This document shows, in pieces, positions 1-10,628 of a stretch of 64,000 nucleotides of DNA. Location: contig OY970309.1 in the NCBI GenBank assembly GCA_963716395.1, positions 2,016,001 to 2,080,000 of the forward strand. Direction: 5' to 3'. A program made the position numbers and the translations under genes. Each line of letters starts with the position of its first letter. Within the stretch, counting starts at the first letter, position 1. The stretch is from an uncultured Fibrobacteria bacterium. GTDB lineage: Bacteria; Fibrobacterota; Fibrobacteria; UBA11236. The notes beneath the pieces were generated by a model. It was not told the DNA's origin and did no database searches. It saw only the letters and a program-made list of their open reading frames with translations.

Positions 1-641
1 ACGTGCTTTGAATCGCCGGCGGCCACGCCTGCGAGGGAGCGATCCAGTTCCGGTACGCTGCCTTGGCCCAGCTCGACGCGGAACACCGGATGCTGGGGCA
101 ACGGCTGATCCGCGCCGTCGATTTGTATCGCTTCGTAGCGCGCCACCACCACATCGCCCACGCGGGCGGGGCGTTCCACCGGGGTTTCCTGGGCCGACTG
201 GCGGCGGAAATCCTGCAAACGCGCCTCGACGGCCGCATCTTCTGTAGGAGCGGGTTCCACCGGAATGTCGAAGCGGTACTCCTGAAGTTCCACGGGAGGA
301 TCCACCTCCAGCACGGCCTGCACATGGATGGGCTGGCCTTCCTGGTTTTCGAGTTTCTCGACCCGTCCCGGCACGATGGGCTCGACGCCGTGTTCCTTGC
401 AGGCTTCGCGCACGGCCGCGTCGACCACGGCCTCCAGCGACTCGGCCGAAATGGGTTCACGGAAACGGGAGATCACGACCTGCCGGGGAATATTGCCCGG
501 GCGAAATCCGTTCAGGCGTAATTCGCGGCTGTATTTCTTCACCTTTTCTTCGAAAACGCGATCCAGCCGGTCGCGCGGAATTTCGATGTCGAGCACGCGC
601 TCAGTGGCGTTGGGCTGGGTCACGGTGGCTTTCACGGACAT
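1..641 (-). CDS. tig: Trigger factor (5' part; runs off the window edge)
   Basis: Manual translation of the minus strand from ATG 641 gives MSVKATVTQPNATERVLDIEIPRDRLDRVFEEKVKKYSRELRLNGFRPGNIP, with the GFRxG ribosome-binding motif; AAGGA RBS upstream; directly downstream of tRNA-Leu, a common arrangement. Confidence 0.9.
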   Translation of the reverse strand, partial: MSVKATVTQPNATERVLDIEIPRDRLDRVFEEKVKKYSRELRLNGFRPGNIPRQVVISRFREPISAESLEAVVDAAVREACKEHGVEPIVPGRVEKLENQEGQPIHVQAVLEVDPPVELQEYRFDIPVEPAPTEDAAVEARLQDFRRQSAQETPVERPARVGDVVVARYEAIQIDGADQPLPQHPVFRVELGQGSVPELDRSLAGVAAGDSKH

Positions 642-709
642 ATCCTTTTCCTCGTTAGTTTTCTCGATAGTGATGGAGCTTGCCGGGTTCGGGTCGCAAA
701 GGGTTCGCC

Positions 710-795
710 TGCGAAAGGGGGGACTTGAACCCCCAACCGCCTTCCGGCGGGCTAGATCCTAAGTCTAGTGCGTCTGCCAATTCCGCCACTTTCGC
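710..795 (-). tRNA. tRNA-Leu, anticodon TAG (CCA not encoded)
   Basis: Reverse complement reads GCGAAAGTGGCGGAATTGGCAGACGCACTAGACTTAGGATCTAG...GGTTCAAGTCC...CTTTCGCA: acceptor stem, D-loop, CTTAGGA anticodon loop, long variable arm and TTC loop. Confidence 0.95.
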
Positions 796-897
796 GCGCC
801 GTCGCTTCGGCCGGCCGGGTGGGAGAATATAGAACTCAACTCCGGCGCGAATTCCGGCCGCATCGCCAAGCGCCCACTCCGCCGGGAGTCGATTTTT

Positions 898-2445
898 TCA
901 TCCGGCCGCATTCAAGGTGATCTCGTCGCCGTTCCGCCCGGAAAAGACGCGAAATTCCTCCAGGTTCGAATCTTCGTCCTCAACCAATTGGATTTTGGTT
1001 TTGTGCGACCGCTCCAGGTATTTGTAGGTGCGGCCCCGATCTTCGGTAAGCAAGTCGATCATTTCCGGGTTCAAGGCCATGGTGATTTCGGATTCGCCTT
1101 TTTTGGCGCGGAAGCGGCGCAACCACCGGTCGATCAGGGCCAAGACCGACTCGCGCGAAGGAATGTAGCCCGCGCCTTTGCAGGCGGGGCATTCCAGCGT
1201 CTGCTCCTGCACGGCGTCGGGGCGGATACGCTTGCGCGTGATTTCCATGAGGCCGAATTGCGACAGGGCCGTGAACGAGATCGGCGCCTTGTCCTGGCGG
1301 ATGGCTTTTTTGAATTCCTTGATCACGGATTCCTTGTCTTCGTCGGATTCCATGTCGATGAAGTCGACCACGATGAGACCGCCCAGATCGCGCAGGCGCA
1401 TCTGCTTCGCCACCTCCCAGGCCGCGTCGACGTTGGTTTCGACGATGTTCTTGGCCTGGCTCGATCCCCGCACCTTGCCGCCCGTGTTCACGTCGATGGC
1501 CGAGAGCGCTTCGGTGCGATCGATGAGCAGGTAGCCGCCGCGTTTCAGCGGCACCTTGCGGAAAAATGTTTTTTCGAGCTCGTCCTCGATCCCGAAGTGA
1601 TCGAACAGGGAGATGTCGCCGGTGTAGAGTTTGACCTTGCCGACTTTGTCGGGCGACAACACCTTGAGGTAGTTGACGACGGAACCGCATTCCTCCTTGT
1701 CGTCGATCCACACGGCGTCCACATCTTCGGAGAAATAATCGCGCAGAGTGGTTTCGCTCGAGTCGCTTTCTTTGTGCACCAGAACCGGCGCCTGCAGGGC
1801 CGCCGCGTTGCGCTTGCATTGCTCCCAACGGCCTTCGAGGATTTTCATCTGGGTGGCGAACTCGGCTTCGCTTTCGTTCAGGCCGTTGGTGCGCACGATG
1901 TAACCGCAATCGGGCGACTTGAGACGGCGGATCATGCGCTGTAGCGCGCGACGTTGCTGGGAATCGCGGGCGCGTTTGCTGACGCCGATGAAGTTCGATC
2001 CCGGCATGCACACCAGAAACGGGCCGGCAAAGGAGAGATGGGCCGTCAGGCGCGGGCCCTTGGTGCCGATAGCCTCTTTGGTGACCTGCACCAACACTTC
2101 CTGACCCACCGTGAGCAACTGATCGATGGGCTTGCCCGCATCGTCTTCGCGGGGAGGGGCGGCGCCTTCTTCACCCTCTTCGTCGTCGACGTCTTCGCCG
2201 ATCAAGGGGCTTCCCGCCACGTCTTCGACGTGCAGAAACCCCGACTTGTCCAGCCCCAGGTCCACAAAGGCGGCCTGCAAACCCGGCAGCACCGCGTTGA
2301 CCACTCCCTTGTAGACGTTGCCTACCAGCCGGGCCGAGTCGGGCCTTTCATAGAAAACTTCGCTGAGGCGGCCGTCTTCCAAAATGGCAATGCGCTTTTC
2401 ATAGGGCCGCACATTGATGAGAATTTCCCGCTTTTGGCGGGGCAT
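898..2445 (-). CDS. rng: Ribonuclease G/E family protein
   Basis: S1 domain (VGNVYKGVVNAVLPGLQAAFVDLG..SGFLHVED), catalytic AIDVNTG and LRDLGGLIVVDFIDM, Zn-link CPACKG. Start 2445 or 2466. Confidence 0.9.
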   Translation of the reverse strand: MPRQKREILINVRPYEKRIAILEDGRLSEVFYERPDSARLVGNVYKGVVNAVLPGLQAAFVDLGLDKSGFLHVEDVAGSPLIGEDVDDEEGEEGAAPPREDDAGKPIDQLLTVGQEVLVQVTKEAIGTKGPRLTAHLSFAGPFLVCMPGSNFIGVSKRARDSQQRRALQRMIRRLKSPDCGYIVRTNGLNESEAEFATQMKILEGRWEQCKRNAAALQAPVLVHKESDSSETTLRDYFSEDVDAVWIDDKEECGSVVNYLKVLSPDKVGKVKLYTGDISLFDHFGIEDELEKTFFRKVPLKRGGYLLIDRTEALSAIDVNTGGKVRGSSQAKNIVETNVDAAWEVAKQMRLRDLGGLIVVDFIDMESDEDKESVIKEFKKAIRQDKAPISFTALSQFGLMEITRKRIRPDAVQEQTLECPACKGAGYIPSRESVLALIDRWLRRFRAKKGESEITMALNPEMIDLLTEDRGRTYKYLERSHKTKIQLVEDEDSNLEEFRVFSGRNGDEITLNAAG

Positions 2446-2641
2446 GCCGCGATGGGGGTGTCCCATACAAGCCTTTCCGTTAGAGCAAAAGCCTTTCGCT
2501 TCGGGTTTTCATACCGAATCCGAAAGGAGTGAAGCAAAATCCAGATTGTGAAAATCATCTTGGTTCCACGCGTTCCGCCCGCGCGGAATCAACGTTGGTG
2601 AAACAGCAAGGTAACAAATGCGGCGCGTCCCGAAAAGCCGC

Positions 2642-5600
2642 CTAGAAGCGCATGGTGAATTCGCCGTGGATTTCGATGGAATGCACATACTCTTCGTTGG
2701 GCGTGTTGAAATATTGATCGTATTCGTATTGCAGCCAGAATTTTGCGTCGACGTTGTTGGTGAAGTTGTAATCGGCTTCGGGTTTGATCATGGCGGTAAA
2801 TTGGTTTTGCGATTCCGAGACCGTACCCAGATCTTCGATTTTGGAAAGCGTGTAATTGATGGCGCTGTTCACCGTCATGCGCAGGTTGTTGCGCAGCTTG
2901 ATGTAATAGCGCCAGAATTGAATGCCTTTCTGGGTTTCCAGATTCCAGGACAGGGTGGGGGCCAATCCCGCCGACAAGGTGGTTTTGGGCGAGACCAGGC
3001 TTGAGTCGTGCACGTACAACGACACCAGGGGCTGCTGATCGCCGAGATAGGTCAGCGGCTGGGCGAGGTCCGCGCTGGCGTCTTTGCCGTAGTCGACCTC
3101 GCGGGTATAGGCCCCGGTCAGCGAAACTTCGATGCGCACGTCGCTATTGGTGGTGGCGGTGACGCGCAGCAGCGGATTCAACTGATGCGTGATCTTGTCG
3201 ACATCGGGAGTCGGCGAATACACGCTGAAATCGGTTTCGTGGATGTAATTGTAATTCGTATAGGCCGTCATGGATCGCAGCGAATTCCGGAACACGGGCA
3301 GCTTGCTGGCGAAATCGCCGAAACTGCCCGAGACCGTATACTCGGGCCAGATGACGGTGGTGTCCGAAGGCTGGAATGAGCGGTACAGCGTGTATTGGTT
3401 GGAGTATTTGAGACTGCCGGAGAGATCCAGTTTCAAGGACGGCAGGGTGAATCCCGTTTCCAAATCCACGGTGCGGTTGACCAGATGGTTCATGGTGGTC
3501 TGGCCCAGGGCCGGGTCGGGGGAACTCAGGTAGTCGAAGAAACGCGGATCGGGTTCGCCGCGGAACAGCGTCATGAGGTTGGAGGGATCGTAGAGAAATC
3601 CCAGTTGATAGGCCATCAGGTTGTTCCAGGCGATGCCGTTGTTGCGCAGGTAGGCGTAGGTGAAGGCTTCGTTGTTGTATTTGTTCGAAACCGTGTAGGT
3701 GAGGTCGAGATTGCGCGGGCGGTAGGCGTCGAGTTTGTGGCTGAAGTCGCCGAGCGCCGACGACAACCCCTTCAGGCCGCTGCTGGCTGAGGCCAGGCTA
3801 CCCAGCAACGAGGTGGGGTTGACGCCCAGCGTGAGGCGCACGTCGTGATCGGCATTGGCGGAAAAATGCGAAGGCACCACCACGCCTTGGCCGAACACGT
3901 CGAGCTGGGGATCGACCCAGGTGTGCCGGTAATCCGAATTGAAACTGCCGCCGGCGGTGAGCCACGACAGGGGGTTGAGATTGAGGTCGCTGTGAAAGCT
4001 CTCATTGCGGTTGCGCTCGCGCGCCAGAATTCCGTACTCGCGGCCGTAATGGGTGGTGTCGACCAGAATGGAATCGGTGGGCGAGGTCTTTTCCCAATAG
4101 GTCTGCTTTTGCCCCGCATAGGATTGATCCCAATCGAATATCAGGTTGTGGGCGAACATCCCGTCGCAATGGCTGGGGTTGGGATCGAAAAAGCTTTCGC
4201 GTTCGAAACAGGTGTGATCCTGGTCGAAGGTGCGGTCGATATCGAGCCGGTAGCCGAAATCGAACACCGGCAGCGGCCGCCATTCCAGATCTACCCCGTG
4301 CGCCAAATCCACCGTGTACTGCGCCGGATACGACTGCACCAGATCGTCCACGGTGCGGGGCTTGGTGAGCGAGTAATCGCGTACGAAGGAATAATCGGCC
4401 AGCACCAGGTTCAGCTTCTCCGGCAGCGGGGTGACCGCTAGGTCGGACAAGGCGCTGGGCATGAATTTCCACTTGTCCGTGAACCCCAGGATTTTGAGCG
4501 CAGGGTTTTCTTTCGGTGACAGGTTGTAGCTCAGTTTGAATTTATAGTCGCGCGTCGTGGCTTCGGAGTAATACTGCGAGTTGTCGCTGGCGGAGTAGCG
4601 GTATTCCAGGCTGGGACGTTCGAACAGCGCACGCGTCCAGAAGTCCTTGGAGCTCATGGCTTTTGAGTAGCTGGTCGAGAACTGCTGATTGGAGACCTGG
4701 GTCTGGTACACGCGGGCGTAGCGGTTGTTCACGTCGTTCAGGCTGTCGCCCGGATTGTGGATGGAGGTAACCTGGCCATTGAACAAATCGCGCGAAATGT
4801 CGAGCAGGCCCGTGCCCTGCAAATTGATGTCGGAATATGGGACCACGAAGGGCCGATCCAGCGATCCCTGATACGACAGCGAAATGGGCAGGTTGACGGC
4901 CCAAGCGTCGGGCATGAATTTGTTGGCGAACAGCGAGACGTTGGAGTTGTAATCGATTTTGGTGTCGGCGTTGCCGCGGGTCACCTGCTGCTGCGTCAGC
5001 GTCATGAACTCGCCGTTGGTGTACTGCAAATTTCCCGACACATTGATGAAGTCGGCGAAGTTGAGTTGGATTTGGCTGCGAAGGGCCATGCCCGAGGCCT
5101 GGTTCACGCCGTTGAGATCCAAATCGTCCACCCAGATCTCCCCGTTCTGTTTTTCTGTCGCGCCCGAGTCGACGTAAATGACCAGGCGCATCCAGTTGAC
5201 TTGGGAGAGATTGGGATTGCCCACGACCGACACGGTCAGCGACGAATCGTTGCGCGCCGGGTTCCAGAGATTGTGACTTACCGGTCGGCCGTTGAAGGCG
5301 CGGTACAGGGGGTCGTTTTTAAGTCCGGTCAAATCATCCAGGTTGACCGTGAAGGAGTTCTGCGTCCAGAGCGCGCTTTGATCGGTGCCGGCCTGTTGCA
5401 AGGTGGTATCCATGTGCAGGCGCATTTCGTAGTAATCCACCGAATTGCCGTCGCCCCGATCGCGCCCCAATTGCAATCCGAAGCTCACGTGGTTCTGCCG
5501 CGGGTCATACAGCTTCGCGCTTTTCACCCAGTCCGAGTCGGGATGGATTTGCAGGCTGAGCCGGCTGTACTGGGTCAAATCTTTGGGATCGTTGGACAGC

Positions 5601-8600
5601 AGGCGCGTGGCCGCCACCGCCTCGCCGGCATGCAGGTTCTGGTAATGCAGCACCACGGCGATTTCGGGCAGCGGTTCGCCGGTGCTGGCGTCGACTTCAT
5701 GCGGCGTGTTCGGCGACTGGAAATAATTCGGCTGCTGCTGTTTGTTCACCACGTCGATCCGCAGCAAATTGCTGTCGGGCACGGTGGGGGGGACGTTGAT
5801 ATAGGTCGAGTCGCCCAAATCTCCGCTGCCGAACTGGTTGGAAGAGATTTCGAATCCCGTATTCTGCTGCCCTTCGAGCCAGGTGTTGCCCACGATATTC
5901 ACTTCGGCGAACAGCACTTCGGATTTGGCGACATGCGGCGGCAAATGGCCGAGCCACAGGCGCATGATCTTCACGTTGGCGAGAATGTTCTGTACGGTTT
6001 GGGAATTGGTGGGATCGATGGTGACCCCTCCGCCGTACAGGGGGATATCGTATTTGCGCCAACCGTTCGCCAACTCTTGGCAATAAAAGTTCGCCGTGCA
6101 GGCAGAGTCGAGCGGCATGCGGTAGCGCAGATAAATGTTGGTGGTATCGATCCCGCCGGAATGATCGAGGTCTTCGGTGTCAAAAGCAAAGCCCTGGGTG
6201 CCGGAATTGTTGTTCTCCGTGCCGTCGACGCCGTAGGGTTCTTCGGTGGCGCCGTCGGTGGGTACCGTGTAATCGTCGTGGTTCGGGTCCGAACCGGTTC
6301 TGGGCACGAAATAGCACGAAGGCTTGCATTCCCATTCCCCGCCGATTTCAGTGTAGCCGTTGGGTTTTTCACTACAAGAGCCATCGAGACCGCAATCATT
6401 AGTGCTGGTCGTTGCTCCGGGCAGAAGTTCCGATTCCAACATTCCATCGGGTTTGCCGTCAGGAGTTCCTCCCCCCGGGTTCGAGTTGTTGGGTGCATGG
6501 TTGGCTACAATACTGATGTCTTCCGAAATTTGACCCAAGTCGGCATACACGGTTCCACCTTGGCCCTGCACCACCACTTCCAAGGTGCGCTTGAGGCTTT
6601 GGTCGGTGAAGCCCTGGGTGAATCCGCGCATGACGCCGCCCCAAGAATTGCCCTGCAAGTTGTCGTTGGGCGTGAACTGGAATTTCAGCAAGGTCTGCTC
6701 GCGGCTGTTGGTATAGCTGTTGCCGGTATTGCCGTATATCTGGTAGTACTGTTCTTTGAAACTGCTATGCCAGATTAAATCGCCTTGATGGCGGTAATCC
6801 AAGGTGTCGTCGGGTTTTCCGTTGTCATCGTAAGCGGGTGGGGAGGCTTTGGACCAACTGTAGAGGGTGAGTGGCAGCGAAGATACGTTCTGGCTGAAAT
6901 CGAAATTGTCGATGTAGGCGCTGTTGCGCGTGTTGGGGTCGTAATAGCTTTGCGCCACTTCGAATTCGAAATCGGCTTTGGAGGGCGCGTCGGTGTGTAC
7001 CAGTGGAAACAAATTGGCGAAGTTCGTCATCCATTTGGGTTCGCCGGCCAATCTTGCGTTGAAGCCCAACAGCAATTGGCTGAAAGGTTCATGCCCCACT
7101 TCGGGTTGCTGTTGCGTGGTGGTCTGGCTTTTGAACAGGGCCGTGGCGCCCAGCAGGCTTTGATCGGAAATATTGTCGAGCTTATACTCCAGGCGGGTAC
7201 CCACCAGCACCTTGTCTTGAATCTGAAAGGCCGGGTTGCACTCGTAGCTGACGCTGATGGTGGCGTTGGGATCCAGCGCGCGCGGAGAGATTAAACTGAT
7301 TTGTCCGGTTTCATAGACGACGGAGTAATCCACGTCTTTCTGCAGCACGGTGGATCCGTTGAGCACCAATCTTTCGGTGCCGGGAGAGATGTCGAAGCAT
7401 TGCTGGCCGTTGGCCGAAAACGAATTTTCGCGCACGTTGAAGGTGCTTTGCCGCTGCTGCCCCACGACCTGGAAATTGCTGCTGCTGGAACCGTTTTGCA
7501 CGTCTTGAATGGTTTCGCTGTAGAACTTGACGTCGGGCGTGACCCGGCGCATGGGCTCCAGACAATTGCCGGGATCGCCGCCGGCCACGCCGTCGGTCAG
7601 ACAGGGGAGAATGAGAAAGCCGTTGGTGAAATCGAAGAGCAGGTTGTTGTCGACATCGAGTTTACCGGGTTGATTGAATTTCTCCAAGCCGAGGCGGCGC
7701 ACGTAGGTGATGCTGTCGCCGGGCGCTCCGGTCCGGCCCTCATTGTCGAGCACGCTCAGGTTGAAGGTGTTCACATTCTGCGGGGCCACGCGCGGAATGG
7801 CGTAGACGTTGCGCCACATCAGGCTGTCGAGCATGGGATCGTTTTTGTGGTCTTTGCTGTATATCAGAACCATGTCGCGGGTATCGGCGGTGGCTTCGCC
7901 CGTGGAGGTCTGAATGGGATCCCCCTGCCAGCGCACGGCCAAGGTGATTTCGCTATAGCCGCTGGGCACGGTCAACATGCGCAAATTGTCGTTGTAGATA
8001 AAATCGGTGCCTTCAACGGGCAGAGACACCCAGCGGCCGGTCACGCACAGATTCTTGTCTTTATTGCCTGAGGCGTCATAGGCGCAGGCCGTGGAGGTGT
8101 CGGTAACCTTATTAGTGCTTGATGCTATTTCGGTCGCGCCGAGCAGGCGATAGACATACATCGGCCGGCGATTCTGTCCGCCCTGCACATAGCCGTTGTA
8201 CGAGCCCGTCCAATTTGCGGGATTGCTGTAATCGGTGCGGTCGCTCAACTTGACCCAGAAGTGGCGATAGAAATCGATGGACTTATCGGCAATCGTGGTC
8301 TGGCTGGACTGGTTTCCGGGCCCGAAAGTTTGGACTTGCTGCGAGCCGCCTTCTTGCGAAGCGATGCCCGTGATTTCCAAATTGCCGAGCTTGAAACGCG
8401 CCTTAAGGCCGAACAAGCCCTGGTGGTTTTCGGTATAACCCGTTAGGTTGGTGCCGGTCAGGCTGAGCGACGTGTTGCCTGCTTCGACTTCCTGCACCAC
8501 GTCGTCTTCGAGCTCGTCGCCCTGGCCCTTGTACGAGACCTGCAATTGTTGCTTCAGATTGGTGTTGACCCCCTCTTCGCTGTTGATCTCCACGCTGATG

Positions 8601-9274
8601 AACCGGCCCACCGAACCTTTGACCGAAAACAGGGGCTGCTGATCCATATGCAAATCCGGAAACCAGGCGCTCGAAGCATAGGGCGCGCCCGAGCCGCTTT
8701 TGCGCGTGCCTTCGAGAATGAGTTTATATGATCCGTTGATGGTAAGCTTGGGTTGGTCGATGCCTACCAGCTTCATCCATTCCGGTACCTGAAAGGGGAG
8801 ATCGAACACGAAGGTGCCGGGCGTGCCTCCCGGCGACGCCTCCTCATGCCCCGCGAATTCGAGCAGCCAGCGCCGCCGCAGCAAGAGGTTGAACATGTCG
8901 GTGGAATAGTTGTTGAGCTCACGGTAATACGACTGCCACAAGGCGGTGGAGTCGGCGGTGGAATCGCCCGGCGGGCCGATGCGCACGTAATCGACGATTT
9001 CGACTTCGCGGGTGTCGAAGTTGACCACGTGTTTGCGCTTCAGGTATTTGCTGTTGATTTCCAGGAGGCCTTGCGGCGATTCGATGCCTTTGTTGGGTAA
9101 AAGGCCCTGGAGGGGGCGGGCGGCCTCGGGCACCGGCAAATAGTCGAGGCTTTCCTGATAAACGGCTTCGGCGCGCGACCAGAAAAACAGGCAACACCAA
9201 GAGAGGGCATGTAAAAACCATCCCGCCGGTGCCCCTAATCGTTCGCGGGTATGACTAGTCAAGTGTTGCCGCAA
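2642..9274 (-). CDS. sprA: SprA/Sov-like outer-membrane translocon of the type IX secretion system
   Basis: 2210 aa with a signal region; motifs YKGQGDELEDDVVQEVEAGNTSLSL, GLFGLKARFKLGNL, AYIDNFD, WGGVMRG, DLGQISED, DTEDLD and GEIWVDDL typical of SprA; C-terminal Phe. Confidence 0.85.
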   Translation of the reverse strand: MRQHLTSHTRERLGAPAGWFLHALSWCCLFFWSRAEAVYQESLDYLPVPEAARPLQGLLPNKGIESPQGLLEINSKYLKRKHVVNFDTREVEIVDYVRIGPPGDSTADSTALWQSYYRELNNYSTDMFNLLLRRRWLLEFAGHEEASPGGTPGTFVFDLPFQVPEWMKLVGIDQPKLTINGSYKLILEGTRKSGSGAPYASSAWFPDLHMDQQPLFSVKGSVGRFISVEINSEEGVNTNLKQQLQVSYKGQGDELEDDVVQEVEAGNTSLSLTGTNLTGYTENHQGLFGLKARFKLGNLEITGIASQEGGSQQVQTFGPGNQSSQTTIADKSIDFYRHFWVKLSDRTDYSNPANWTGSYNGYVQGGQNRRPMYVYRLLGATEIASSTNKVTDTSTACAYDASGNKDKNLCVTGRWVSLPVEGTDFIYNDNLRMLTVPSGYSEITLAVRWQGDPIQTSTGEATADTRDMVLIYSKDHKNDPMLDSLMWRNVYAIPRVAPQNVNTFNLSVLDNEGRTGAPGDSITYVRRLGLEKFNQPGKLDVDNNLLFDFTNGFLILPCLTDGVAGGDPGNCLEPMRRVTPDVKFYSETIQDVQNGSSSSNFQVVGQQRQSTFNVRENSFSANGQQCFDISPGTERLVLNGSTVLQKDVDYSVVYETGQISLISPRALDPNATISVSYECNPAFQIQDKVLVGTRLEYKLDNISDQSLLGATALFKSQTTTQQQPEVGHEPFSQLLLGFNARLAGEPKWMTNFANLFPLVHTDAPSKADFEFEVAQSYYDPNTRNSAYIDNFDFSQNVSSLPLTLYSWSKASPPAYDDNGKPDDTLDYRHQGDLIWHSSFKEQYYQIYGNTGNSYTNSREQTLLKFQFTPNDNLQGNSWGGVMRGFTQGFTDQSLKRTLEVVVQGQGGTVYADLGQISEDISIVANHAPNNSNPGGGTPDGKPDGMLESELLPGATTSTNDCGLDGSCSEKPNGYTEIGGEWECKPSCYFVPRTGSDPNHDDYTVPTDGATEEPYGVDGTENNNSGTQGFAFDTEDLDHSGGIDTTNIYLRYRMPLDSACTANFYCQELANGWRKYDIPLYGGGVTIDPTNSQTVQNILANVKIMRLWLGHLPPHVAKSEVLFAEVNIVGNTWLEGQQNTGFEISSNQFGSGDLGDSTYINVPPTVPDSNLLRIDVVNKQQQPNYFQSPNTPHEVDASTGEPLPEIAVVLHYQNLHAGEAVAATRLLSNDPKDLTQYSRLSLQIHPDSDWVKSAKLYDPRQNHVSFGLQLGRDRGDGNSVDYYEMRLHMDTTLQQAGTDQSALWTQNSFTVNLDDLTGLKNDPLYRAFNGRPVSHNLWNPARNDSSLTVSVVGNPNLSQVNWMRLVIYVDSGATEKQNGEIWVDDLDLNGVNQASGMALRSQIQLNFADFINVSGNLQYTNGEFMTLTQQQVTRGNADTKIDYNSNVSLFANKFMPDAWAVNLPISLSYQGSLDRPFVVPYSDINLQGTGLLDISRDLFNGQVTSIHNPGDSLNDVNNRYARVYQTQVSNQQFSTSYSKAMSSKDFWTRALFERPSLEYRYSASDNSQYYSEATTRDYKFKLSYNLSPKENPALKILGFTDKWKFMPSALSDLAVTPLPEKLNLVLADYSFVRDYSLTKPRTVDDLVQSYPAQYTVDLAHGVDLEWRPLPVFDFGYRLDIDRTFDQDHTCFERESFFDPNPSHCDGMFAHNLIFDWDQSYAGQKQTYWEKTSPTDSILVDTTHYGREYGILARERNRNESFHSDLNLNPLSWLTAGGSFNSDYRHTWVDPQLDVFGQGVVVPSHFSANADHDVRLTLGVNPTSLLGSLASASSGLKGLSSALGDFSHKLDAYRPRNLDLTYTVSNKYNNEAFTYAYLRNNGIAWNNLMAYQLGFLYDPSNLMTLFRGEPDPRFFDYLSSPDPALGQTTMNHLVNRTVDLETGFTLPSLKLDLSGSLKYSNQYTLYRSFQPSDTTVIWPEYTVSGSFGDFASKLPVFRNSLRSMTAYTNYNYIHETDFSVYSPTPDVDKITHQLNPLLRVTATTNSDVRIEVSLTGAYTREVDYGKDASADLAQPLTYLGDQQPLVSLYVHDSSLVSPKTTLSAGLAPTLSWNLETQKGIQFWRYYIKLRNNLRMTVNSAINYTLSKIEDLGTVSESQNQFTAMIKPEADYNFTNNVDAKFWLQYEYDQYFNTPNEEYVHSIEIHGEFTMRF

Positions 9275-9776
9275 ATTTCGTTCCTGTTCCGAATAAGACG
9301 GAACCTATGACGCCAGCCCTTTCAAAAATCGCTCAATTCAAAGGATTACTAGTATACGAAGAAGGTCCGGCCCTGGGCGTGAATCCTCGCTGCCAGACGC
9401 TTCCCGTCATCGTCGGAGCATGCGCGCGATTTCGCAGGCGAACAGGGCGATGAGGATCCCCTCAAGCAAATGGCCCACCGGGTTTTCATATTAATCCACA
9501 GCCGCCGTGTCCCACGTACCGCATCATGATGCTCAGCGCGTCGGCATTCAATTCAGACGCTTCGATTTCAGTGAAGCGCCCGGCCGATTCGTCGGCGTCG
9601 GGTATTCCCACCGCGGCTTTCGGCGGCCCCAAAAACGATTCCCGGGATTCGATCCACTGAAAAGCCGTAAGGGTCAGAACCGATTGGGGTGCTGTGGACA
9701 TGGCGGCAGAAAATAGATCCTGTCGAAGACCCTCTCTCCTTGTATTTTGCCCTTTCCCACGGGATATATTTACGCG

Positions 9777-10628
9777 ATGGACGCGCAGGAACAGTTGTTC
9801 GCCTGGTTGCAAGTGCGGCTTTCGCCGCCGGCCTGCGCTTGGCTGCGCGATCGCTGCGCGGCGTTGGCGCGCGGCGCGCCCGAGCGGGAATTCTTCTTGG
9901 CCTTCAGCCAGGCGGTTCGCCATGCCGGAAAAAACTTGCTGGCCTTGAACCCCGGCGAGCAACAGCAGGCCGCGGCCTTGCGCCCCGGGTGGGATTTGCG
10001 CGATTGGACGGCCGATCAGGCCGCGCGCGCCGCCCTGCTCTTGGCTTTGCCGCCCGGTTCCAAGACCGTGGCCGCGATTTTATCGCTGCATCAAAGCGCC
10101 GATCTGGGCGAGCATGTGGCCCTGGCGTGCGCGCTTTTTTTGCCGGCCGACGCCAAAGCCTTGATCCACATCGCCCGTGAAGCCATTCGCAGCAATATGC
10201 GCGACGTGTTCGCGGCCATTTCCCAGCGCAACCCGTATCCGGCCGAGCATTGCGACGACATCGCCTGGAACCAGATGGTGGCCAAATGCCTGTTCGTGGA
10301 TTTGCCGCTGCGAACCATCGCCGGGTTGGACCGTCGCGCCAATGCCGCCTTGGCGGCCATGCTCGTCGACCTGGCGGCCGAACGCCGCGCGGCGCATCGC
10401 AGCTTTTCGCCCGAAGCCTGGCGCTGCGTGGCGCCCTTCGCAAAGGACGCCGCGATCGCGGCCATGGAAAAAGCCCTGGACGGATCGCCGGCCGAGCGCC
10501 GCGGCGCGGCCTTGGGATTATGGGCGGCCGGCGCCGGTGGCCGCGAGGCCGTGGCGCGCAAAGCCGCCGACTTGCGCCCCGCGCTGGAAGCCGGAACCTT
10601 GAACTGGGAGAATTTTGATCATGTCTGA
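9777..10628 (+). CDS. eboA: EboA family protein
   Basis: WTADQAARAALLL, AREAIRSNMRDVFAAI, NPYPAEHCDDIAWNQMVAKCLF and ERRAAHR motifs; overlaps a downstream EboB-type TatD gene. Confidence 0.8.
   Translation: MDAQEQLFAWLQVRLSPPACAWLRDRCAALARGAPEREFFLAFSQAVRHAGKNLLALNPGEQQQAAALRPGWDLRDWTADQAARAALLLALPPGSKTVAAILSLHQSADLGEHVALACALFLPADAKALIHIAREAIRSNMRDVFAAISQRNPYPAEHCDDIAWNQMVAKCLFVDLPLRTIAGLDRRANAALAAMLVDLAAERRAAHRSFSPEAWRCVAPFAKDAAIAAMEKALDGSPAERRGAALGLWAAGAGGREAVARKAADLRPALEAGTLNWENFDHV

Noticed and set aside
710-795. tRNA-Leu as an island attachment site
   Set aside because: It is flanked by core genes (tig, rng), and I noticed no duplicated tRNA 3' end or integrase.
4757-6778. Long antisense or alternate-frame ORFs (e.g. 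4757-6778, 13649-16393, 14870-16630, 33636-35825)
   Set aside because: They are shadow ORFs of high-GC genes overlapping well-supported CDSs, with Arg/Gly/Ala-biased composition and no motifs.
9486-9700. RiPP precursor reading of the short ORF ending GHGGCGLI
   Set aside because: No modifying enzyme, transporter or peptidase is adjacent.
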